Source: Methylocystaceae bacterium (GTDB lineage Bacteria > Pseudomonadota > Alphaproteobacteria > Rhodospirillales > Terasakiellaceae). From it: DNA of 63,803 bases. Positions 18,680-29,325 of this stretch are shown here, one piece after another (position 1 is the stretch's first letter; the number at the start of each line of letters is the position of its first letter). Position numbers and translations under genes: made by a program. The notes below the pieces were generated by a model, which ran no database searches, was not told where the DNA came from, and worked only from the letters and a program-made list of their open reading frames with translations. The DNA lies in the NCBI GenBank assembly GCA_013373265.1, contig JABXIC010000077.1, positions 1 through 63,803 of the forward strand, read 5' to 3'.

Positions 18680-19845
18680 GAGCGTTTAACTTCATAAAAA
18701 GGTTTTCTCAGTAAATTACCAGATCGTAATTTTGACTTAATAATTTTGACGGTTTGAACTGCAGAGGTACCATCACCATAGGGGTTATCCATGTCGATTA
18801 GTGTATTTAAGAAAGCTGGACTAAGACCTGTTTTGATAGATGATAGGAGTTCTTCATATTTTCCTTGGCAGTGAATGACTGACTTGGGAGCCAAACGCCC
18901 TTTTTGCCTATCACCGATATTTATTGTTGGGGTTTTAAAGTGTGGAGCTTCAAGCAATCCGCTTGATGAATTCCCAATAACAAGGTCAGCATGTTTCAAT
19001 AAGCTCAAATAACGTAGTTGGCCTAACGAACTTTTTAGTTGGCACCGTTCTTTATTTTTACTGATGTACTCAATAATTAGCTTTTCAATTTCTCTGCCTT
19101 CCATATCTGCATTTGGTTGTGAGAAAAGTATTGTTGCAGTTGGATAAACATCTAACACTTTCAGAACTTCAGAAAATTCCAATGCGGATTTTCCCTTTTC
19201 TAAAGTAATAGGATGGTACGTTACTGAGAAAATTAAATCACTATTTTTTAAGTTCAAGCTGTTAATTAACTCCTTTTTGCTAAGGAGTTTTATAGAATCC
19301 AATGTATCTAAAACGGGTGCCCCAACATTAAAAACTCTATTGGGCTGCTCCCCCATTTGTATTATTCGATTTTTATATAAATCAGTAACCGGGAAATGAA
19401 GGGAAGACATCTTAGTGACTGCATGACGAATAGCATCATCAATCAATCCTTCTGTTGCTTCTCCCCCATGAATATGCGCAATTGGGATTCTCGACATCAC
19501 GGCTGCACTAACGATACTTAATAATTCAAAACGATCGCCAAGGACAATTATTAAATCTGGTTTAAGGCGCTTAAAAGCATAACCAAATTTTGAAAGGCCT
19601 TGCCCCATAGAGGAGATAATCTCATGAGGAGAGTCTTGATTAATTGCCATATCAATTAGATTTGTAATTTCAAGCCCATCATTTTCTATTTCCTTAAAAG
19701 TAGAACCGAATTTCTCAGAAAGGTGCATTCCTGTAACAATAAGCATGGTTTCAAAATCAGCATCTTGTTTTAAGGTCTGAATTAATGGTTTCAACAAACC
19801 ATAATCAGCTCGGCTCCCGGTAACGACTGCAACTTTGAATTTCAT
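18676..19845 (-). CDS. neuC: NDP-N,N'-diacetylbacillosamine/UDP-GlcNAc 2-epimerase, hydrolysing (NeuC/LegG)
   Basis: VTGSRADYGLL, TGMHL, LGDRFE, HIHGGE, DDAIRHAVTK, GNSSSG, GDRQKGR, NPYGDG. Start moved to ATG 19845 (ATGA overlap with the legC stop). Confidence 0.93.
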   Translation of the reverse strand: MKFKVAVVTGSRADYGLLKPLIQTLKQDADFETMLIVTGMHLSEKFGSTFKEIENDGLEITNLIDMAINQDSPHEIISSMGQGLSKFGYAFKRLKPDLIIVLGDRFELLSIVSAAVMSRIPIAHIHGGEATEGLIDDAIRHAVTKMSSLHFPVTDLYKNRIIQMGEQPNRVFNVGAPVLDTLDSIKLLSKKELINSLNLKNSDLIFSVTYHPITLEKGKSALEFSEVLKVLDVYPTATILFSQPNADMEGREIEKLIIEYISKNKERCQLKSSLGQLRYLSLLKHADLVIGNSSSGLLEAPHFKTPTINIGDRQKGRLAPKSVIHCQGKYEELLSSIKTGLSPAFLNTLIDMDNPYGDGTSAVQTVKIIKSKLRSGNLLRKPFYEVKRS

Positions 19846-20981
19846 GTTAGTCCTTTTCTCCCTGTCCACTTGACTAAGGCTTCACAAATTCTTTCAATAT
19901 CGTGCTTAGAAAGGTTACATGAATTAGGTAAAGTTACCATTGTTTCAGATAAATGATGAGCACCCTGTTGGTTTTGAGAGCGTGGAAAGTTACGGTATGG
20001 ATCCTGAATACTAAGATCGGACCAGAAGTGACGGGCGCCTATACCGCAATCATTTAGGTGAGTAATTAAACTATCAGCATCTTTTGTTGATGATGTTAAT
20101 AGGGCGTACATCCAACCATTCCAGAAACTATTCTCAGGATATAATAGTTTTTTTAAATCTGTGCGTTCAACAATGATGTTGTCATAAATTGCAGCTATTT
20201 CTTTTTTCCGTTGGATAATCTCATCCAACCTTTCTAATTGGGCCACACCTACTGCGGCACATAAGTTCGTCATACGAAGATTATAGCCAATTTTGTCATG
20301 TATATATCGAGATCCAACACGAGCTTGAGTACTAAGGTGGCGTGCTGTCGTGGCTAATTCTTCATCGTTTGTTACGATGATGCCCCCACCGCCTGCGGTT
20401 ACAATTTTATTTCCATTAAAACTGATTATTGCTGCTTTCCCAATACTCCCAAGCGGGCGGTTTTTATATTTCGAGCCTAGAGCTCCTGCAGCATCTTCAA
20501 TCAGTGGAATATCATTATCGTTACATATCTTCAAAAGTGGATCTAAATCAACGGAATTTCCTAAAGGATGGACAGCAATAACGCCTTTTATTGGTAATTT
20601 TTTCTCTTTTGCAGATTGCAATGCATTCCGTAAAGTAACTTCGTCTATAGACCCTGTTTTTGGGCAAACATCAGCAAAGAAAGGTTTTGCACAGATATGT
20701 GCTACAGCATTTGCGGTTGCTGCAAATGTCCAATTGGGAACAATGATATAATCACTAGGTTGGATACCAATTGATATTAGTAATAAAGATAAAGCTGTCG
20801 TACCGTTCATAGTTGATACGGCGTATTTTGTTCCAGAAATTTCAGCTACACGTTGTTCAAATGTTGTTACAAATGATCCGGCAGAAGATATCCAATTATC
20901 ATCTATGCATTGCATTAAATAATTTTTCTCATTGCCGGTTAAATTTGGTTCTAAAAGTGGGATAAATCTTTGATCAAACAT
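19842..20981 (-). CDS. legC: LegC-family PLP aminotransferase (DegT/DnrJ/EryC1/StrS)
   Basis: IPLLEP...WISSAG, NGTTAL, EDAAGALGS, SFNGNKIVTAGGGG, GYNLRM. Start moved to ATG 20981, just after the legB stop. Confidence 0.85.
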   Translation of the reverse strand: MFDQRFIPLLEPNLTGNEKNYLMQCIDDNWISSAGSFVTTFEQRVAEISGTKYAVSTMNGTTALSLLLISIGIQPSDYIIVPNWTFAATANAVAHICAKPFFADVCPKTGSIDEVTLRNALQSAKEKKLPIKGVIAVHPLGNSVDLDPLLKICNDNDIPLIEDAAGALGSKYKNRPLGSIGKAAIISFNGNKIVTAGGGGIIVTNDEELATTARHLSTQARVGSRYIHDKIGYNLRMTNLCAAVGVAQLERLDEIIQRKKEIAAIYDNIIVERTDLKKLLYPENSFWNGWMYALLTSSTKDADSLITHLNDCGIGARHFWSDLSIQDPYRNFPRSQNQQGAHHLSETMVTLPNSCNLSKHDIERICEALVKWTGRKGLT

Positions 20982-20982
20982 T

Positions 20983-21969
20983 TTAAATAACGTATTTATT
21001 TGGATGAAAAATTTCAGAGTTGTTTCGAACCCAGTCAATAGTATTAAGCAAACCTTCTTCGAGGCTTACTTGAGGGGCCCAATTCATAAGTGATTTAGCT
21101 AGAGAATTGTCTGATAATAATCTATCGACCTCACTTTTGTCCGGGCGTAATCGTTCACTATCATTTTGTATTAGTTCAGGAACTCCCACCAGCTTACATA
21201 TTAAACTAGCAAGGTCAGAAATTGAAATTTCTAATCCTGTGCCTAAATTAACAGTCCGGCCAATTGCCTTATCACAATTTGCAATAGAAATGAAACCGTT
21301 CACGGTGTCATCAATAAATGTGAAATCGCGGGTAGGTGTTAGATTGCCAAGTTTTATATTTTTGTCTGCTAAACATTGAGAGATGATTGTAGGGATAACG
21401 GCTCTATCAGATTGGCGAGGACCAAACGTATTAAAAGGCCTTAATGTTGTTACGGGTAATTCAAATGATTTGAAATATGACTCTGCAATTTTATCGGCCC
21501 CAATTTTACTTGCAGAATATGGAGATTGACCTTGTAATGGATGGTCTTCATTTATCGGGATGAACTGAGCGCTACCATACACTTCACTTGTAGATGTATG
21601 CACAATTCTTTGTACATTGCTATTTCGGGAAGCTTCAAGAATATTTAAAGTACCCTCAATATTTGTGCGAACATATGAAGCAGGAGCAACATAGGAATAA
21701 GGAATGGCAATAAGAGCGGCAAGATGGAAAACAATATCAACACTTTTGGTAGCCTGCTGACAAAACCATGGATCACGAATATCTCCTAACAAAAAATTCA
21801 TATCATTTTTATATTCAGAATTGTTAAGCCAACCATATGAGCCAGTAGAATTATATTCAATTAGTGCAGTCACATTTGATCCGGACTGCACTAATCGTTC
21901 TGCAAGATGGCTTCCTATAAACCCCCCTGCACCGGTTACAAGTACTCTTTTTGATCCCAAATCTATCAT
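20983..21969 (-). CDS. legB: NAD-dependent NDP-GlcNAc 4,6-dehydratase LegB
   Basis: TGAGGFIGSHL, HLAALIAIPYSY, TSTSEVYG, QSPYSASKIGAD, RPFNTFGPRQS, RLRPDKSEVDRL. Confidence 0.9.
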   Translation of the reverse strand: MIDLGSKRVLVTGAGGFIGSHLAERLVQSGSNVTALIEYNSTGSYGWLNNSEYKNDMNFLLGDIRDPWFCQQATKSVDIVFHLAALIAIPYSYVAPASYVRTNIEGTLNILEASRNSNVQRIVHTSTSEVYGSAQFIPINEDHPLQGQSPYSASKIGADKIAESYFKSFELPVTTLRPFNTFGPRQSDRAVIPTIISQCLADKNIKLGNLTPTRDFTFIDDTVNGFISIANCDKAIGRTVNLGTGLEISISDLASLICKLVGVPELIQNDSERLRPDKSEVDRLLSDNSLAKSLMNWAPQVSLEEGLLNTIDWVRNNSEIFHPNKYVI

Positions 21970-23048
21970 GTTTCAAAATCTCTTTTTACAATTTCTTGTG
22001 CTTGCGCATAATCTTCAATTCTACCGATATCTAACCAGTATTCACGGATGGGAAAGCTAACAACATTATAATCATTGTTAACGAGCTTTTCTATTAACTC
22101 CGTCATGTCATATCGTTTATTTGTCGGGATATGATCTACAACTGAGCTGTTCAGTAAATATATTCCGGCGTTGACAAAAAAGGAATATTTGGGTTTTTCA
22201 ATTAAGGATTTAACTTTTTCATTTTTGGTTTTAACGACACCATACGGAACATCAATTTCATATTTTCTTACTCCAATAGTGAGATCAGCTTTAAAATTTT
22301 TATGATATTCGATCATAGTTGCATAATTAATATTTGTGAGAATATCGCCATTCACGACCAAAAGGTGCTCAGCTGTTTTTTCAATTAGTTTCAGGGCGCC
22401 CGCAGTTCCAAGTGGTTTATCTTCATGAATATAATTGAATTTTACACCATAATCTTTGCCATCACCAAAATGCTTAATAATCTGGTCAGGTAAATAATGA
22501 GTTGTGATGTTTACATCATTGACACCAGAAGCTCTGAGTTGCTCTATCGTTCTTTCCATTAGCGGTCGGTTACCAACAGGAAGCATTGGCTTGGGTGTAT
22601 TCTCTGTTAAGGGTCTCAATCGTGTTCCAAAACCTCCGGCCATAACAACAGCTTCAACCGAAGGGATCTTGTCCTCAATTAAATGAGAAAGTAGCGCAAC
22701 ATCCACGGCTCGTCCAAATTGATCAAGAAGTGGTATATGCATTAAATCAAGCTCAAGCATTACTTGCAAGAGAACATCGTTGCTTTCGTTAATGTCTTTA
22801 GTAATTGGTGAAGTTTGCCTAATTGAACGTTTCAAAAGATGCAATTCTTTAATAGAAGCATCAAACGATAATTCGTTTAGCATTGCTCTTCGAACATCAC
22901 CATCTGTGATAATGTCTAAAAACTCATTATCTGACCCTGTGATAATACATATACCGATAGTACTTGCATCCATTATTTTAATAGCATTGCGAATACTTGT
23001 ATCCGCCAATATGCTAATTGCGTGAACGTCCTTTACAAATGGCCTCAT
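21966..23048 (-). CDS. CBS-domain nucleotidyltransferase (PtmE-like sugar-1-phosphate guanylyltransferase)
   Basis: N-terminal CBS pair (TDGDVRR), MAGGFGTRLRPLT...PKPML, LGTAGAL, NGDILT, WLDIG. Start moved to ATG 23048 (ATGA overlap). Confidence 0.88.
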   Translation of the reverse strand: MRPFVKDVHAISILADTSIRNAIKIMDASTIGICIITGSDNEFLDIITDGDVRRAMLNELSFDASIKELHLLKRSIRQTSPITKDINESNDVLLQVMLELDLMHIPLLDQFGRAVDVALLSHLIEDKIPSVEAVVMAGGFGTRLRPLTENTPKPMLPVGNRPLMERTIEQLRASGVNDVNITTHYLPDQIIKHFGDGKDYGVKFNYIHEDKPLGTAGALKLIEKTAEHLLVVNGDILTNINYATMIEYHKNFKADLTIGVRKYEIDVPYGVVKTKNEKVKSLIEKPKYSFFVNAGIYLLNSSVVDHIPTNKRYDMTELIEKLVNNDYNVVSFPIREYWLDIGRIEDYAQAQEIVKRDFET

Positions 23049-23701
23049 TGTAAGCTCTTTATAAAACATGCCGGGTTGCCGGCTACCATTGTATTTGCGG
23101 TAATATCAGATGTGACTACACTACCCGCACCTATAACAGTACCGGTTTTAATTTCAATTTGATTACAAATAACTGAATTGGCACCGATAAAGGCATGGTC
23201 TTCAATTGTTACTCCACCACATAATACAGCGCCAGGTGCAATATGAACATTGTTTCCTATTATACAATCATGTTCAATAATAGCACCCGTATTAATCACT
23301 GAATTTTTCCCCACTGTCACGTTTGGGTTTATAACTGCCCTGGCAAGAACTGCGGTTCCATTATCAATGCTTGAAAATGGAGAAACGATAGAACTAGGAT
23401 GAATTATATTGAAAGGCATCATTCGTTCAGAAAAATCAAGAAATAACTTATGACGATTAATCCAGTGTTTTTGGTTGCCAAATCCGATGATAAAATTCAA
23501 GTCAGAGTCTGTAGGGTTCAGCGAGAAATAAGTGTCATCACCAATAATAGGAATATTAAACAAGTGCTTCCCCCATTGCGTTTCATCACTTGATAAAAGA
23601 TTTATCGGGGAAAGATTCATCTGAAGCATCGCATCCAGTAAAACCTTTGCATGCCCACCGCTACCTAAAACAAGAAAAAGATCTTTTTTTTTGGATGTCA
23701 C
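23045..23701 (-). CDS. neuD: NeuD/PglD/LegH-family sugar acetyltransferase
   Basis: GSGGHAKV, IIHPSS, INTGAIIEHDC, GNPA. Confidence 0.88.
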   Translation of the reverse strand: MTSKKKDLFLVLGSGGHAKVLLDAMLQMNLSPINLLSSDETQWGKHLFNIPIIGDDTYFSLNPTDSDLNFIIGFGNQKHWINRHKLFLDFSERMMPFNIIHPSSIVSPFSSIDNGTAVLARAVINPNVTVGKNSVINTGAIIEHDCIIGNNVHIAPGAVLCGGVTIEDHAFIGANSVICNQIEIKTGTVIGAGSVVTSDITANTMVAGNPACFIKSLQ

Positions 23702-24765
23702 TAATCACCTTTGCTTATCATAGACCATTCAATTGGTTTCCCGGCCTGAATATCGACTTTTGCTGTGGAGTTAATAATAGAATGTAGATTGGTTGGCGGG
23801 ATACCGTTTCCTGGGCGTTGGATTACCAGCATATCTGCAGTTAAAGCTGAACCCGCAGGGATATCACAAGCTGCAACGATACTTTTTCTGATAACATTTC
23901 TCATTGATAGTTCATCAATAGTAGGATTTTTTTCTCCAGAACCAAGAGATGCTTCCACTATTCTTATTTGCTCAACAAACTTTTTGAAAGAGATTGGGTC
24001 TGCTGATGCGTTATGATCTGGACCGGGCATTGTACGGTCCAGTGTGAAATGTTTTTCAATAACTTTTGCCCCCAATGCTACTGCCGCAATACTGATGGTT
24101 GCCCCTTCTGTATGATCAGAGTACCCAACAGGGACTTTAAAAATGTTATGAAGATTTGAAATAACCTTTAAATTAGCAGTTTTGGGATCTGCTGGATAAG
24201 CACTTGTACAATGAAGCAGAGCAAGATTTTGGTTACATGTTTGCTTAATTTTTTCAACGGCTTGTATTACTTCATCAATATTTGACATTCCCGTTGATAA
24301 AATAATTGGTAAACCTTTTGCTGATACATATTTGATGAAATTATAGTTTGTGAGCTCACCGGAAGGAAGTTTAAAGGCCTTAATGCCAAGGTTAAACAGA
24401 AAGTCGGCACTTTCTTCTTCAAATGGCGTTGATAAAAAGATGATGCCTCTTTGTTTACTGTGCTCCATTAATTTAGAATGTTCACTATATGGAAGCTCAA
24501 GTTTTGTCAGCATATCAAGCTGGGACTCTATTGTATTGGTTTGGTCTTCTTGATAAGTGGCCTTATTGGCACTTGGGCTAGCCAAAACGCTTGCCTTAAA
24601 TGTTTGAAATTTGACTGCATCGGCACCGCAATCAGCAGCAATATCAATTAGTTTATGCGCATTTTCCATATCGCCATTGTGATTCACGCCAACTTCAGCA
24701 ATTATAAAACATGGTTCGTCATTGCTAATTTTTTTGTTATCAATCTCAAAACACTGGTTAAACAT
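23701..24765 (-). CDS. neuB: Nonulosonate synthase NeuB/LegI (with SAF domain)
   Basis: IIAEVGVNHNGD, DAVKFQTF, LSTPFE, ILSTGMS, LHCTSAYP, GYSDHT, IEKHFTLD, GPDHNAS, RPGNGIPP. Confidence 0.93.
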   Translation of the reverse strand: MFNQCFEIDNKKISNDEPCFIIAEVGVNHNGDMENAHKLIDIAADCGADAVKFQTFKASVLASPSANKATYQEDQTNTIESQLDMLTKLELPYSEHSKLMEHSKQRGIIFLSTPFEEESADFLFNLGIKAFKLPSGELTNYNFIKYVSAKGLPIILSTGMSNIDEVIQAVEKIKQTCNQNLALLHCTSAYPADPKTANLKVISNLHNIFKVPVGYSDHTEGATISIAAVALGAKVIEKHFTLDRTMPGPDHNASADPISFKKFVEQIRIVEASLGSGEKNPTIDELSMRNVIRKSIVAACDIPAGSALTADMLVIQRPGNGIPPTNLHSIINSTAKVDIQAGKPIEWSMISKGD

Positions 24766-25481
24766 TACTCACCAATCAATCTAATATTATATTTTTTTGC
24801 AACTGCTTCTGCGTACATCAAATCTAAGTCTTCATCAATATCAACAGCTCTGTCCCAATCCATTTCCACCAGACATTTTGGGTCTGCGTAGAGAGACTTT
24901 TTTTCTCTTAATATGGGGACTCTTACTGCATAGGCACCACCGGTAGGTAAGAAAACTTTATCCAGAAGTTGAGTATGAGTTGCTTCACCTGTGATTTCTT
25001 TACCTAGTATGGGTGATGCAATCCCTTCTTCATTGGTATTAAACATCCATTGAGGTGGCTCAGAAGCAACTCTAGCAGCAAAACTTGAATTTAAATTGGG
25101 GTTATCCAAAGATGCTACACATTTATCTATCGTCTCTGGTAAGATGAAAGGGGTTGTGGGTTGCAAATGAACAACTACATCAAAACAGATATTTTCATGT
25201 TCCTCAAACCAGTCGATCGCATGAAGAAGAATATCTGCATCCATTGCATAATTTTCAGCTAAATGGCTGGGGCGTTTGAAAGGAACGTCGGCACCATACT
25301 TCTTGGCAATCTGTTTAATCTCGTCATCTTCGGTGCTGACGATGACATGATCCAATCGTTTGCATGCTGAGGCTGCTTTAATCATATAGGCAATTAAGGG
25401 TATACCATTTAAAGGTAAAACATTTTTTCTCGGTAGACGTGTCGACCCTCCTCTTGCTGGAATAACACCTAATACTTTCAT
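24765..25481 (-). CDS. neuA: CMP-nonulosonate synthetase NeuA/LegF
   Basis: IPARGGSTRLPRKN, VSTEDDEI, LQPTTPF, VDIDEDLD; translationally coupled to neuB. Confidence 0.9.
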   Translation of the reverse strand: MKVLGVIPARGGSTRLPRKNVLPLNGIPLIAYMIKAASACKRLDHVIVSTEDDEIKQIAKKYGADVPFKRPSHLAENYAMDADILLHAIDWFEEHENICFDVVVHLQPTTPFILPETIDKCVASLDNPNLNSSFAARVASEPPQWMFNTNEEGIASPILGKEITGEATHTQLLDKVFLPTGGAYAVRVPILREKKSLYADPKCLVEMDWDRAVDIDEDLDLMYAEAVAKKYNIRLIGE

Positions 25482-25485
25482 AATA

Positions 25486-26940
25486 TTATTTCCCTTTTAG
25501 CATTTTAGGAGCCACACCAATACGTCCGGCACTATACTCTTTAGATCTATCTTCTAGTAGGTGCTCTGCTGCAATCAATTCATCTTTGTTATTAATGACT
25601 TTTTTTATAGCATTAACGATGTCTGTCATATCGTCAATCGTAGATGAGTATGCAATATGGTAAAACCATAGAAATTCTTTATATAATAAATTTTCACAAA
25701 CTGGGCACTGACCATGTTCATAAGTGATTTCACTTTTTACACCAGAACCGTCAACCCATGGGAACCCATTTTTATTGAATGCGGTACGTTTTAAGAAAGT
25801 CGGATTTGCATACATTGGGCGGGAGTACCCGGTACCAACTGGAATACCTTCATCACGTAGCGCGCTTACAAATAAACTTCTCGGCATTCCCATTGCATTT
25901 TCGTCAAAGAGTAATGTGAAAAAATGGGGTATATTTTCTGCGGGACTATTACTTGTGCTCTGATTTATAGGTATTTTTAAGCCTGGTATATTGTTTAACT
26001 CTTTTTGAAGGAAATCGGCATTCTTAATTCTCCAATTATTCACTGTATCAAGCTTTTCTAGTTGAGCCCTTCCTAATGCAGCGCTTAATTCTGGCATACG
26101 AAAATTTAATCCAATGATACCAGCGAGTTCTTCAGTAGTTGCAGTATCGTCAAAACATAATTCTCCATGATTTAAGATCATGCGACATCGTTTTGCGATT
26201 TCAGGATCAGAAGTAATTATCATACCTCCTTCACCAGTCATGATATTTTTTGATTGCTGGAAGCTGAAAACACCCGCATCACCAATTGTACCAGACTTTT
26301 TATTATTCCAACTTCCGCCGATAGCCTGGCAGGCGTCTTCAATGACTTTCAATTTGTATTGGTTTGCAATATCCATGATCGCATCCATATCTGCCATATT
26401 GCCACATAAATGGACGGGTAATATTGCTTTGGTACGAGGGGAAATTGCTTTGATTATTTCATTTGGATCAATGCAAAATGTTTCTGGATTGACATCAACG
26501 AAAACTGGTATTGCACCGATCATTAAAGGTGCGTTTCCTGTGGCGGAAAATGAAATGCCAGGTAGAATGACTTCATCATAAGGGCCAATACCCGCAGCTG
26601 CTAGGGCAATGCTTAATCCCGCGGTTGCAGATGAAACAGGAATTGCAAAAGGTGTTCCCATTTTTACTGCGAAACTAGCGGAAAATTGTCGAACATTCTC
26701 TCCACCAAGGAAATGCCAGTAATCAGTTATTTGTGCTGCTTCTGCACTGGGCATCTTCAGAACTTCATCATCAACACCGACACCAATATATCGAGAAAAG
26801 TTTCTTTGTTTAAGAGCCTCTAATACAAGCTTTTCTTCGTTGTGATCAATCATAGGCTCAACAATAAAAGGGGTTGAGCGTGTAGGTGATCCTCCAAGGA
26901 TTGCCAATTTTGTTTCGTTATTATTTATCATTGCTTTCAC
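25486..26940 (-). CDS. DegT/DnrJ/EryC1/StrS PLP aminotransferase
   Basis: SSATAGL, EDACQAIG, FSFQQSKNIMTGEGG, GLNFRM. Confidence 0.9.
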   Translation of the reverse strand: MKAMINNNETKLAILGGSPTRSTPFIVEPMIDHNEEKLVLEALKQRNFSRYIGVGVDDEVLKMPSAEAAQITDYWHFLGGENVRQFSASFAVKMGTPFAIPVSSATAGLSIALAAAGIGPYDEVILPGISFSATGNAPLMIGAIPVFVDVNPETFCIDPNEIIKAISPRTKAILPVHLCGNMADMDAIMDIANQYKLKVIEDACQAIGGSWNNKKSGTIGDAGVFSFQQSKNIMTGEGGMIITSDPEIAKRCRMILNHGELCFDDTATTEELAGIIGLNFRMPELSAALGRAQLEKLDTVNNWRIKNADFLQKELNNIPGLKIPINQSTSNSPAENIPHFFTLLFDENAMGMPRSLFVSALRDEGIPVGTGYSRPMYANPTFLKRTAFNKNGFPWVDGSGVKSEITYEHGQCPVCENLLYKEFLWFYHIAYSSTIDDMTDIVNAIKKVINNKDELIAAEHLLEDRSKEYSAGRIGVAPKMLKGK

Positions 26941-27939
26941 TTAATTTGCTATTTCTTTTAAAATTTCTTGTGTGGCCATCGCTTGAAAACCATCACATGT
27001 ACATTTAAAGTTTTCGTTGTTCATCATCGTCATGATTTCTTTGGCTATTTCGATAAATACTGAGAAATTATTATTGTTGGAGATAATTTCTGTGCTGTGA
27101 TTTTTTAATATTTTATACCCTTTATAGGTATCGCTTTCTTCAAACAATTCGTGGATGATTTCATTCGAGACTTCATTTATCTTTAGACGTCCGGCGCTTC
27201 CATATACTTCAGCCTCAACAACTAAATTTTCTTTAAATCCAGTAACCTCGATAGATCCTACAACACCACTCTTAAAAAGCAATAAGACAGCTTTAGCCGG
27301 TTCGTTTTCTTCATATAATTTAGGTATATTAAGACTGGTTACCTTTTCGATTGGTCCGCCAAGAAAATTTGCAAGGTCAACCGCATGACTTCCAATAGAA
27401 AAGAGACGATTAGGCATTGAAATTCTGATGGTATTGATATCACCGATTAAATTATTTTCCATTTTATACATAGCCTTTTTCCATATAGGCAACCAACGCC
27501 GATTGTAAGAGACTATTAGCTTAATATCAAGTTTCTCACAATCCGATACCATTGTTTTCGCGTCGTCTAATGTAGTTGCAAGAGGTTTTTCACACCAGAT
27601 GACTTTCGGAATATATGAATTCGATAAAGCTCGGATTTCTTGAAAAATTTCAAAATGAGTTGTTGTGGGAGTGCAAATACTTATTACATCCGGGCGTTCA
27701 TTTTTTATAAGTTCCGATACATTTGAATAAACGGGAACATTTGGGCATCGGGATTTAAAAGCTAAAATATTATTGGAATCAAAATCAGAAGCACCGCACA
27801 ACTCAAACTCCTGAGTTAGCCCGAGATAGGCTCCAACATGACTCCAAATTACTTTTCTACCTGATTCTTCATCAAATCTAGATCCAATTTGACCTAGTCC
27901 AATAACAGCCGCGCGGATAGGATTGTTTGTGTTAATCAA
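26941..27939 (-). CDS. Gfo/Idh/MocA family oxidoreductase
   Basis: AAVIGLGQIG, ICTPTTTH, CEKP, YNRRW, GSHAVD. Confidence 0.9.
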   Translation of the reverse strand: MINTNNPIRAAVIGLGQIGSRFDEESGRKVIWSHVGAYLGLTQEFELCGASDFDSNNILAFKSRCPNVPVYSNVSELIKNERPDVISICTPTTTHFEIFQEIRALSNSYIPKVIWCEKPLATTLDDAKTMVSDCEKLDIKLIVSYNRRWLPIWKKAMYKMENNLIGDINTIRISMPNRLFSIGSHAVDLANFLGGPIEKVTSLNIPKLYEENEPAKAVLLLFKSGVVGSIEVTGFKENLVVEAEVYGSAGRLKINEVSNEIIHELFEESDTYKGYKILKNHSTEIISNNNNFSVFIEIAKEIMTMMNNENFKCTCDGFQAMATQEILKEIAN

Positions 27940-27981
27940 TGTTCATTTCTCACTTTTTTTAATTAAATAAAAAATGATAAA

Positions 27982-29253
27982 TTATAGATTATCTAAATTG
28001 GCCCAAACTTTTTCAAAGGCTTGAATTATTTCATCCATGTCATTAGCAGTTAATGGCGGATGGATGACCTCAGTTGAGAATGTCCATTCACGTGCCCAAG
28101 AAACATTTGTAAGGTTATTACCAGAATAATCAGGTTTCCCTGAATACATTGGGCATTTAAATGGACAACCCTGATGACCGAAAGCAGTCATTTTTTGATA
28201 AATAGGGTATTCATTTAATGGTTGATAGCCAGCATAAAAATCCATGCCCTCAGCATTCAATGCTTCGACAATTCGTGGTGCGGAAATTTTAACAATTGAG
28301 CTGTCTATTGTTAAAGGGTAACGATAGAAACTATGGTCACAGCCTTCTTTTAAAATAGGCAGACATAGTCCAGGTAAATGACGAATTCCATCATTCAAAT
28401 ACTGAATCAATGATAGGCGCTCTTCCAGAAAGCCTTTAAGTTTTTTAAGTTGCTCTCGTCCAATGGCAGCTTCAATTTCATTCATACGGTAATTCCAGCC
28501 AACCATATTGACGAGAGATTTGACTGATTTTCCAGAGGCGATAACAGCTTCAGCATGATTACGAATGAGCTGTAATCTTTCTGCCAAATCATCATCATTC
28601 GTTGTTACGATACCGCCTTCACCAGTTTGAATGATTTTATGGTTATTTAAGCTGTGAACGCCCATATCGCCAATGCAGCCTGTTAGGGTTCCGTGATAAC
28701 GAACACCAGGGGACTGAGCTGCATCTTCAATGACAGCAAGGTTATGTGCTTTTGCAATTTCCATAATTGCATTCATATTTGCAGGATGGCCATAGATATG
28801 GATTGGCATGATCGCTTTAGTGCGTTCTGTGATGTGCTTTTCTAAAGAGTCTGGGCACATACAAAATGTATCACGATCAATATCGCAAAAAATTGGAACG
28901 GCGTTATTTGAAATGACTGAAATAGGTGTTGCAGACATTGTCCAAGGTGTTGTTATAACTTCGTCACCTGGGCCAACCGCCGCTGCACCAACGGCAGCCA
29001 TAAGACCTGACGTGGCAGAGTTTACTGCAATAGCATGCTTGCAATCATAATAGTCAGCCCATTCACGTTCAAATGCTTTGACTTCAGGTCCTCCTAAAAA
29101 CCACTCATTATGGGACCCTTCAAAATCGGATAAAATACCATTGTCCATTACCCGCATAACAGCGGCTTTTTCTTCTTCCCCAGTCGTTATATGAGGTGGG
29201 TATGATTTTGTACGAATAGGTTTGCTGCCAAAAAGTGCAAGAGTCTCAGCCAT
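27982..29253 (-). CDS. DegT/DnrJ/EryC1/StrS PLP aminotransferase
   Basis: NSATSGL, EDAAQSPG, SLNNHKIIQTGEGG, GWNYRM. Confidence 0.9.
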   Translation of the reverse strand: MAETLALFGSKPIRTKSYPPHITTGEEEKAAVMRVMDNGILSDFEGSHNEWFLGGPEVKAFEREWADYYDCKHAIAVNSATSGLMAAVGAAAVGPGDEVITTPWTMSATPISVISNNAVPIFCDIDRDTFCMCPDSLEKHITERTKAIMPIHIYGHPANMNAIMEIAKAHNLAVIEDAAQSPGVRYHGTLTGCIGDMGVHSLNNHKIIQTGEGGIVTTNDDDLAERLQLIRNHAEAVIASGKSVKSLVNMVGWNYRMNEIEAAIGREQLKKLKGFLEERLSLIQYLNDGIRHLPGLCLPILKEGCDHSFYRYPLTIDSSIVKISAPRIVEALNAEGMDFYAGYQPLNEYPIYQKMTAFGHQGCPFKCPMYSGKPDYSGNNLTNVSWAREWTFSTEVIHPPLTANDMDEIIQAFEKVWANLDNL

Positions 29254-29325
29254 AACAATATCTCACTGATAGAAAAAAATGCGTGTCTGTTGTCTTTTAG
29301 AATACAAATACTCTTAGGTCTAGTA

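Noticed and set aside
23684-23692. A9 tract at the 5' end of neuD/legH, and several A8/T8 runs (e.g. 1713, 2130, 11860, 12663, 31123, 33038), as phase-variation sites
   Set aside because: Such runs are expected in AT-rich, Lys/Phe-rich coding DNA and all these genes are in frame; much weaker than the G8 tract.
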